From: Bacillus subtilis subsp. subtilis str. 168
Lineage (GTDB): Bacteria; Bacillota; Bacilli; Bacillales; Bacillaceae
Direction of reading: 5' to 3'
DNA: 32,000 nt
NCBI RefSeq assembly: GCF_000009045.1
Contig: NC_000964.3
Coordinates: 3,990,001 to 4,022,000 of the forward strand
Position numbers and translations under genes: made by a program. The notes under the pieces are model-generated. The model was not told where the DNA came from. It searched no databases and worked only from the letters and a program-made list of their open reading frames with translations. Below are positions 25,987 to 32,000 of the stretch, one piece after another (within the stretch, counting starts at the first letter, position 1; each line of letters begins with the position of its first letter).

Positions 25987-27426
25987 TCATTTATTCGCTT
26001 TATTCACCTTCAGCTGTTTCCCTTTGACGGTTGTGTTCTTCATCACTTTGAGAACATGAGGGCCTTTACCATTTAAAATCTCAACGTATGAGGCGTTATC
26101 CATGATCGTGATGATGCCGATGTCGTCAGCTGACACACCGTCAATTTTGGCAATCGTTCCTACAAAATCAACGGCTCTGATTTTCTTTTTCTTTCCGCCG
26201 TTAAAATACAGCTTCATAATGTCTTTATTCAGCTCTTCGCTTTTGTCCTTTTTGCTTTCCGGACGGTCATTCAGTTTAGCTAGAAATTCTGGTTTCTTCC
26301 TTGCCACTTCCTCTTGAGAAGGTGCTTCTATTTTTTGGATTTCAAATCCGATATATTCTTCAATGTCGGCTAAAAACCGTTTTTCGAAGGCCGTGACAAA
26401 CGAAATGGCCTTTCCTTTGTTCCCTGCGCGTCCCGTTCGGCCCGTGCGGTGGACATAGCTTTCTTTTTCAAGCGGCAGATCATAGTTGATGACAAGGGAG
26501 ATATTTTCAATATCAATCCCGCGCGCGGCGACATCCGTCGCCACTAAGTAACGGTACTCGCCACGTTTAAATTCATTCATGACGTCGAATCGGTCTTCCT
26601 GAATCATTCCGCCGTGAATTTTATCGCATGGATATCCCAAGTCATCCAATTCATCGGTCAGCTGATTGACGTGCTCCTTCGTTCGGCAGAAAATGATGCA
26701 GCTGTCGGGATTCTCCGTCATCAGCACATCTTTCAGCAATGAAAACTTATTCTCTTCTCTTACTTGAATCACCGCATGTTCAATATTTCTTGTGGTTAGG
26801 CCGGCCGCTTTGACCTCGATATGCTCGGGGTTTTGCATATATTGACGGCTCAGCTTCTCGATATCCTGCGGAAGCGTCGCTGAAAACAGCATCGTCGTAC
26901 GCTCAGTCGGCAGATGCTTGATAATCGCCTCCACCTGCTCAATGAAGCCCATATTCAGCATCTCATCCGCTTCATCAATGACCAAATAAGAGAGACGATC
27001 CAACGGCAGCGTGCCTTTTTCGATATGATCCAGAACACGTCCCGGCGTGCCGACAACAATGTGGCTTTTTTGCTTAAGCTCAGCTTTTTGTTTATCAAAG
27101 GAGGATTTTCCAAATACGGCTGTCGCTTTGATCCGTTTAAATCGTCCGATGTTCGTGATATCTTCCTTTACTTGCACCGCAAGCTCACGGGTCGGTGTTA
27201 AAATAAGCGCCTGCGGCTTGTTTTCATCCCAATTCGCCAGCTCACAGAGAGGAATCCCGAACGAAGCCGTTTTCCCGCTTCCTGTCTGTGATTTGACGAC
27301 AAGATCCTTTCGTTCAAGGGCAGCGGGGATCACACTCTGCTGCACCTTGGTCGGTTCTGTATATCCCAGTCCTTCCAATGCTCGTAAAATGTCATGACTG
27401 ATTTGATAGTTTTTAAAATGACTCAT
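25987..27426 (-). CDS. dbpA: DEAD-box RNA helicase with a C-terminal DbpA-type RNA-binding domain (specific for 23S rRNA hairpin 92)
   Basis: ATG 27426 ([10 protein letters not shown]) follows AGGAG by 7 nt. Motifs are the Q-motif (PTKVQ), I (SQTGSGKT), II (DEAD), III (SAT) and VI ([10 protein letters not shown]). The C-terminal domain of about 75 aa ([20 protein letters not shown]) is the DbpA RBD. Historical names are yxiN and deaD. Confidence 0.93.
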   Translation of the reverse strand: MSHFKNYQISHDILRALEGLGYTEPTKVQQSVIPAALERKDLVVKSQTGSGKTASFGIPLCELANWDENKPQALILTPTRELAVQVKEDITNIGRFKRIKATAVFGKSSFDKQKAELKQKSHIVVGTPGRVLDHIEKGTLPLDRLSYLVIDEADEMLNMGFIEQVEAIIKHLPTERTTMLFSATLPQDIEKLSRQYMQNPEHIEVKAAGLTTRNIEHAVIQVREENKFSLLKDVLMTENPDSCIIFCRTKEHVNQLTDELDDLGYPCDKIHGGMIQEDRFDVMNEFKRGEYRYLVATDVAARGIDIENISLVINYDLPLEKESYVHRTGRTGRAGNKGKAISFVTAFEKRFLADIEEYIGFEIQKIEAPSQEEVARKKPEFLAKLNDRPESKKDKSEELNKDIMKLYFNGGKKKKIRAVDFVGTIAKIDGVSADDIGIITIMDNASYVEILNGKGPHVLKVMKNTTVKGKQLKVNKANK

Positions 27427-27507
27427 GTATAAACTCCTGTCTCTTGCAGATGTTCTCATTATACTCTAATTGACCAAGGCATATGTGTTTTGTCGAAAAA
27501 TGATGTA

Positions 27508-28659
27508 TTAAAAGCCAGCGATTCCCTGGCGTTTTAGCTCCTGAACAGCCAATCGCGCCAGTGCGTCGGCCCCCGCGCGATTCGGGTGCAGCGTATCTCC
27601 ATCCATATAAAGCCCGAGTGTTCTTTCCGGACCGATCGATGTAAAGTATGCCGAGCTGAGGACATTTAAGTCAATGAGATATGTTTTTTCCTCTTCGGCC
27701 AAAGCTAAAATAGAGGCCCTGTACCATCTGTTTACAGACGAATGGATGCCTTCAGAAGTAAAATCGGTTGCCCGGCCCTGAGGCGTTGATAGGATGACGT
27801 CCGCTCCTTTCGCTTTTACCTGACGAATCATATCACGCATCACCTCTTTAAACTCCGCTTCAGATTCTTTATGCTTCGGATTTGTGTCATTAATGCCAAG
27901 CTGCAACATAAAATAATCTCCGGGTTTAATATACTTCAGAATCGCCTCAAGCTGTCCATCATTTCTGAACCCTCTCGCGATCTGCCCGCCAGACGCCATG
28001 TTTCTCACTTGAAAGGTGTGTTTATCGATATAGTGAGGCAGCATCTGCCCCCAGCCCGCCTGCTTGCTGCTGTTGAGCGGATAATAATTGCACACCGTCG
28101 AGTCGCCGCCGACATAAATGGTTCGATTCGTTACCGGCTGATCAGACAATTTCTTTATTTTCAAGGCGCTGAGCGTAAAAGCGGTGCCTGCCTTTCCCTC
28201 TGTCACCAGCAGATTCAGCTGCCCGTCGGTGACGGGAATTTGGAACGTATCCTCCGCGCCATCCCCTGTCATATTGATGACCTGAAACACGCCCTCCGCT
28301 GCCACACTGGCCCTTGCCGTATTGCCAAGCGTCACCTTCACCTCATAAAGGCCATTCGGGAGATCAACATTAAACGTGTTATTGCTTTTCGTCCCATACG
28401 CTAAAAACTGAACCGCATCACTCTTCACACCAGCCCCGGATGCCGCCACATCCCTCATATTCTCCGGTGTTTGAAAACCGTAGCCCTTTGACCGGTCATA
28501 CCGATCAGACGCCCTGACACCAATATAACCAGGCTCCATCGAACCGCTTCCAAAGTCAAACTGATACACCTTCGGCTCCGCCGCCTTCACATTCTCAATC
28601 CCGCCAAAACACAGCATCAGCATCATCACAAAAACCGCTGCCATCCATTTTTTCATCAA
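27508..28659 (-). CDS. yxiM: Secreted SGNH/GDSL-family esterase (rhamnogalacturonan-acetylesterase-like) with an N-terminal beta-sandwich or carbohydrate-binding-like domain
   Basis: Signal peptide MMKKWMAAVFVMMLMLCFGGIENVKA. SGNH block I is IYVGGDSTV, block III is LGINDT and block V is DTLHPN. Confidence 0.88.
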   Translation of the reverse strand: MMKKWMAAVFVMMLMLCFGGIENVKAAEPKVYQFDFGSGSMEPGYIGVRASDRYDRSKGYGFQTPENMRDVAASGAGVKSDAVQFLAYGTKSNNTFNVDLPNGLYEVKVTLGNTARASVAAEGVFQVINMTGDGAEDTFQIPVTDGQLNLLVTEGKAGTAFTLSALKIKKLSDQPVTNRTIYVGGDSTVCNYYPLNSSKQAGWGQMLPHYIDKHTFQVRNMASGGQIARGFRNDGQLEAILKYIKPGDYFMLQLGINDTNPKHKESEAEFKEVMRDMIRQVKAKGADVILSTPQGRATDFTSEGIHSSVNRWYRASILALAEEEKTYLIDLNVLSSAYFTSIGPERTLGLYMDGDTLHPNRAGADALARLAVQELKRQGIAGF

Positions 28660-28776
28660 GACTCCCCCTCTATGAAAACGAATACATTAATGCATACTCG
28701 GTGATTGTTTCTTTATGATGACTGAATTAAGAAAAAAATTGCGTTGAGGAATAAAAATGAGGGGAGAGTCTCAAGA

Positions 28777-28808
28777 AGGGGAAAATCAGTGTGACTTCTT
28801 GTCACACT
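28777..28808 (-). terminator. Putative terminator closing the small-ORF array; the hairpin is built from the last 7 codons of the final ORF
   Basis: AGTGTGAC (28788-28795), loop TTCTT, GTCACACT (28801-28808). On the minus strand it is followed by GATTTTCCCCTTCTT. Confidence 0.4.
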
Positions 28809-29136
28809 TGATCACATCCCAACCTCCGCAATAGAAGCTTATTTGGTTTTCTTCGTCATACACATAATAACGGAGTCTTTCCCATTGATCGTCAGTCGGT
28901 ACAATCTCCAATGCAACCGAATCGATGGATTCAAGGTCATCCAGCTTTGATGCACTAATGTTTTCAAACCGCAATTGAATGTCACAGGTTTGAGCAGATC
29001 GTTTTCATTCAAACACAGGAATATGAATATAACGATCATCTTCTTTCATATAGAAAGAAAACTCGTTTAATGTAAATGGACCTGTATCCTCATCAGAAAG
29101 ATGCTGTTTCAATTTCTCGTATTGTGTGATATTCAA
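28786..29136 (-). pseudogene. Last ORF of the array (about 115 codons), interrupted by an in-frame TGA at 29005-29007
   Basis: A TTG at 29136 lies 7 nt after AGAGGG and 11 nt after the yxiK stop. It reads (M)NITQYEKLKQHLSDEDTGPFTLNEFSFYMKEDDRYIHIPVFE-TGA-KRSAQTCDIQLRFENISASKLDD...FYCGGWDVIKCDKKSH in one frame. The track's 62-aa ORF (28786..28974) is the distal part and has no RBS. Confidence 0.55.
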
Positions 29137-29147
29137 ATGAATTCCCT

Positions 29148-29609
29148 CTATTTATATGATTCACCGCCAATCATATAAATGTCCACAGCATCGTATTCAA
29201 ACCATATGATCCGTTCGCCTGAGTCCGTTAGGCATTGGAGCTTCCCTTCTGAAAAATAGCTTTTATCCGGTTGAGGATCAGTGATCAGAAAAACATCATC
29301 ATTGATGGAAGCTAGCAGAAAGAGAAAATCTGCAATATCCCGGTCTGCTTCCTGTAATATGGATTGGAAATGGAATTCCCTTTTGGCCAGCTTCGTCACC
29401 TTGTAAGCATGACCTTCAAAATACTCGGACAGGTCTTCTATAAATGAACCAGTCGTTATTACCTGTATCATGATTCGATCGTAGGCAAGCCCTGCCCAAA
29501 AACGATAAAACGACTCTGCATCTTCAAGTTCGCATGCCATAACGGTTTGGTCAGGCTTAAGCTCGATCATGTCCAAATTGCCAATACTGCTTATAGAGGT
29601 TATTTCCAT
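29148..29609 (-). CDS. yxiK: Hypothetical 153-aa cytoplasmic protein, a candidate orphan immunity protein
   Basis: ORF with a GGGGAAG RBS, starting 15 nt after the yxiJ stop. It has no signal peptide, TM helix or catalytic motif. The symbol is assigned by position in the 168 gene order. Confidence 0.7.
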   Translation of the reverse strand: MEITSISSIGNLDMIELKPDQTVMACELEDAESFYRFWAGLAYDRIMIQVITTGSFIEDLSEYFEGHAYKVTKLAKREFHFQSILQEADRDIADFLFLLASINDDVFLITDPQPDKSYFSEGKLQCLTDSGERIIWFEYDAVDIYMIGGESYK

Positions 29610-29624
29610 AAAATCTTCCCCTTA

Positions 29625-29921
29625 TCAGTTGGATAGCGCAACGCAAATCTCTTGTCTGACTTGTTCATACAAGAGAATGTGATGATACAGATCCTTATCG
29701 TTTTTGATCATATCCGGAAGTATGTCAGGATACAGCTCAAAAAAGCTTTTCTCCAACGAACGCCGCTGATGCCGGGGTATCCTTTTATTCGCCAGCACAT
29801 AATCCAAACTGCCAGCAACAAGCATAAAAAACTCATAGATTTCCGCTTCAAAGCCGTACAATTCATCAGGGTACTGCTTTTCTTCAAGCTCTCGCTGTCT
29901 TTTTCTCAGTTTTTGAAGCAC
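29625..29921 (-). CDS. yxiJ: Hypothetical 98-aa helical protein (YxiJ-like family), a candidate orphan immunity protein
   Basis: ORF with a GGGAGAGGA RBS, starting 27 nt after the yxiI stop. The + strand ORF 29652..30182 is an antisense shadow. Confidence 0.7.
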   Translation of the reverse strand: MLQKLRKRQRELEEKQYPDELYGFEAEIYEFFMLVAGSLDYVLANKRIPRHQRRSLEKSFFELYPDILPDMIKNDKDLYHHILLYEQVRQEICVALSN

Positions 29922-29948
29922 GTTGATCCTCTCCCTTCCGCAATAATC

Positions 29949-30437
29949 TCATTTATTTCGAAACAGAATAGGCGGATCATTATCTATCGCCTCCAACAGC
30001 TCTTCACCAAACACAGTGATTGCACATTTCCACGGGTCTCCCAAAAGTCCCCAGGAGAAGTCCTGATGAAAAAAGAAATAATAGTCTCCATTTGGAAATA
30101 CGGGAACAGGCCATTCGCCAAATTCATCCTTAGGCATTGCCTGATGAGGACTAAAGGTATATCCGTCATGCTGCCAATCTAGTGCGTACATTACATCGTT
30201 CTTTCCAGTACCTAATTGAAATGCTTTTAAAATAGAAGTCTCTAAATCACTTAGCACTCCGCTCACATCATTATGACCAGCTTTACTGCTCATCGCGCTT
30301 GAGATATCAAACACTCGATATGGATCAGGCGGGATGATGTGATGACATCTGCTTCCGGGCTTCCATTTTATGATCTTGTTCACTTCTGACCAGATGCGGT
30401 CTTGTTTTGTCTGACTTAAAGCGCGCCAATTCATCAT
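29949..30437 (-). CDS. yxiI: Hypothetical 162-aa protein (DUF2716-like), a candidate orphan immunity protein
   Basis: ORF with an AGGGATGAG RBS region, starting 17 nt after the preceding stop. W/F/P-rich core (..WQHDGYTFSPHQAMPKDEFGEWPVPVFPNGDYYFFFHQDFSWG..). Confidence 0.7.
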   Translation of the reverse strand: MMNWRALSQTKQDRIWSEVNKIIKWKPGSRCHHIIPPDPYRVFDISSAMSSKAGHNDVSGVLSDLETSILKAFQLGTGKNDVMYALDWQHDGYTFSPHQAMPKDEFGEWPVPVFPNGDYYFFFHQDFSWGLLGDPWKCAITVFGEELLEAIDNDPPILFRNK

Positions 30438-30454
30438 AATCTCATCCCTACACC

Positions 30455-31306
30455 TTATTGGATATCCTGCTTATAAACACCAGAAGAGGCCACTGCGTAA
30501 ACAGCGTAACTTGTCAGTTTCAGCTGTTGAACATCTAGGCCTTCACCGTTCGAATCACAGCATGTTATCTCTTCCATCTCTTGACTCACATCGGCAGAAA
30601 TCAAATAAAGAGACGACTTAAGGTCTGCACTGTAACAATTGAACGTCCCAACCAAAAAACCTTCTTCGGATATCGCGAGCTGATCAAATGCTTCTGAGTC
30701 CGGCTCTTTATCCGACAGAATCCACACCCGTCTCACGACCGTTTCATCAAATGCGGCAATGACTGCATCTCCGTAATACAGCATATAAATCAAGCCGTTT
30801 TTTTCTGCAAGTCCATAACAATCATCTACAGCAGGCGCATCCATTTCTTCAAGCTTTCTATCAATGTGTATTTCCTTCTGCTGACCATCTAACGTAAAAC
30901 ACCACACACTATGGCCGTTGGGATTCTCATCATGATAAATCCCTTCATCACATAAACCGACCCAAAGCTGTTGTTTCTAATCCAAAAGACAGCAGGAAAC
31001 CCCTGAAGGCAAGTGAAAAACACTTTTCACCCTTCCCTCTTCTGAAAAAACCTTTACCTTCGGCTCGTACGATTCGTAATAAACGAAGACATAGCCATCT
31101 GCACATTGTTGAAAGAGCAGAATATCACTGTATGAAATCTGCTCTTTCACTCTAAAATCCCGAACATCACCGGAAGGATCATAGATTGTAATGGTGATAC
31201 CACCTTTCAACCCTTTTCCAATGTAGACACGCCCCTGTGGATCAGCATGGAAAAAACAATCTTGGGTGTTCTCGTTGATGATTTTATTCAATTTTAATTT
31301 TTTCAT
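30455..31306 (-). pseudogene. Single reading frame of about 283 codons split by an in-frame TAG at 30977-30979, probably the pair annotated yxiH plus yxzG in strain 168
   Basis: ATG 31306 has an AGGAG RBS. The frame reads ...HLPSGVSCCLLD-TAG-KQQLWVGLCDEGIYHDENPNGHSVWCFTLDGQ... with no frame change (30977 minus 30905 is 72 nt). The second track ORF starts at a GTG with no RBS. Confidence 0.65.
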
Positions 31307-31428
31307 TGGTTATGCTCCTAGGTTCGAAATGAAATGATAAGAATAAACCATTTATTAGCTATTAGTAACGGACAACCTAGTTTCATTAATCGTTTTGGGA
31401 TAAATCTACTTTCCAATTCAGCCTTAAA

Positions 31429-31845
31429 TCATTTAGTGTTTAATTGGTATGCATAAAACGATTGATCATCAAAGCGAACTGTTTCAGCTTCTATAGCAAT
31501 CAGCATTCTGTTCATGTCAATAAGAAAGTTAGCATTTGATTGATACTCCGGAATTATAGAATTTGATAGATTCCCGATTCCTTCTGGATGATAACTCATC
31601 TCAAATACTTGCCAATTGTATTCTTCCGGATCTATTTTTTCCAATCTCATGTCGCCAACATCTGCACTATAATAAGCGGATGCCACATTTTGAAATGAAA
31701 TTTTATGCGTATATTCACCTTCATCTTCAAAAACCTTAATATCAAGTGAGAGTTCTTTTTTAAACACATTAAAATCTAAATGAAGGACACTGCACCCCTT
31801 ATCTATATAATCAACCCATTCATTAATCGTTTGATACATTGTCAT
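31429..31845 (-). CDS. yxiG: Hypothetical 138-aa protein, a candidate immunity protein paired with the upstream partial ORF
   Basis: The track ORF start (31920) overlaps the upstream gene's 3' end. ATG 31845 (or 31839) follows AGAGGCAGGGG and gives MTMYQTINEWVDYIDKG... Confidence 0.65.
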   Translation of the reverse strand: MTMYQTINEWVDYIDKGCSVLHLDFNVFKKELSLDIKVFEDEGEYTHKISFQNVASAYYSADVGDMRLEKIDPEEYNWQVFEMSYHPEGIGNLSNSIIPEYQSNANFLIDMNRMLIAIEAETVRFDDQSFYAYQLNTK

Positions 31846-31895
31846 CCCCTGCCTCTTTTTAAACAATAACGCCTTGCCACCAAGCAGAAAACAAA

Positions 31896-32000
31896 TTACT
31901 CCGTATATTGTTTGATCCAATCATTTAAATCATCTGTTGAATGCAAATAAGTTTCTGATGAATCTTTCAAATCAATCCCACTTAGAAGGATTAACATATC
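31896..32000 (-). CDS. 3' end (last 34 codons) of an upstream ORF that continues beyond the window
   Basis: The minus-strand frame is open from base 32000 and reads ...DMLILLSGIDLKDSSETYLHSTDDLNDWIKQYTE, ending at TAA (31898-31896). It is too short and truncated to appear in the track. It might be yxzC of strain 168, but I cannot confirm this. Confidence 0.45.
   Translation of the reverse strand, partial: DMLILLSGIDLKDSSETYLHSTDDLNDWIKQYTE

Noticed and set aside
27871-28404. 177-aa + strand ORF opposite yxiM
   Set aside because: It is antisense to the SGNH esterase frame, which shows all catalytic blocks. It has no RBS.
28760-28838. 25-codon + strand ORF (ATG at 28758-28760 after GAGGA) overlapping the end of the array
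   Set aside because: It is very short and lies antisense to the terminal ORF and its hairpin. Its RBS-like GAGGA is probably fortuitous.
29652-30182. 176-aa + strand ORF spanning yxiJ and yxiI
   Set aside because: It crosses two minus-strand genes and their intergenic RBS. It has no RBS of its own and is an antisense shadow in A+T-rich DNA.
1-32000. Search for CRISPR arrays, IS elements or transposases, integrases, prophage genes, and tRNA or rRNA genes
   Set aside because: I noticed no direct-repeat/spacer periodicity, no terminal inverted repeats flanking a transposase-like ORF, no recombinase motifs and no tRNA- or rRNA-like sequences. The only sizeable repeat is the yxjH/yxjG tandem duplication.

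Overview
The window matches, by gene content and order, the Bacillus subtilis 168-type chromosome segment running galE, yxkA, yxjO/N/M/L, pepT, yxjJ/I, yxjH/G, yxjF-scoB-scoA-yxjC, yxjB(rlmA), nupG, katE, citH, bglS-licT, yxiP/O, dbpA, yxiM and the yxiK-to-yxiG array. This identification comes from my recognition of the translated proteins; no search was run. About 45 protein-coding units are packed closely on both strands. I see no rRNA, tRNA, CRISPR array, transposase or integrase. Four cis-acting RNA leaders are readable directly: two SAM-I (S-box) riboswitches ahead of the paralogs yxjH and yxjG, a purine (G-box) riboswitch ahead of nupG, and a LicT RAT/terminator ahead of bglS. Readable promoter elements include a sigma-B promoter for katE, a sigma-W (ECF) promoter for yxjI, and a second ECF-like promoter ahead of a 42-codon ORF that is too short for the supplied ORF track. 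Most of the window is ordinary housekeeping or accessory metabolism. Three things deserve a second look. (1) The last ~3.3 kb (28.7-32.0 kb) is a tight same-strand array of small, mutually unrelated ORFs with no catalytic motifs. It looks like an orphan immunity (poly-immunity) array downstream of a polymorphic toxin locus, probably wapA just beyond the window end. (2) Three separate genes are each split by a single in-frame stop codon: TGA at 17416-17418, TGA at 29005-29007 and TAG at 30977-30979. In each case the downstream half has no ribosome-binding site. (3) A complete promoter-RBS-ORF-terminator unit for a very basic 42-aa peptide sits at 6353-6610. All start-codon refinements and motif calls were made by eye and are inference, not computation.
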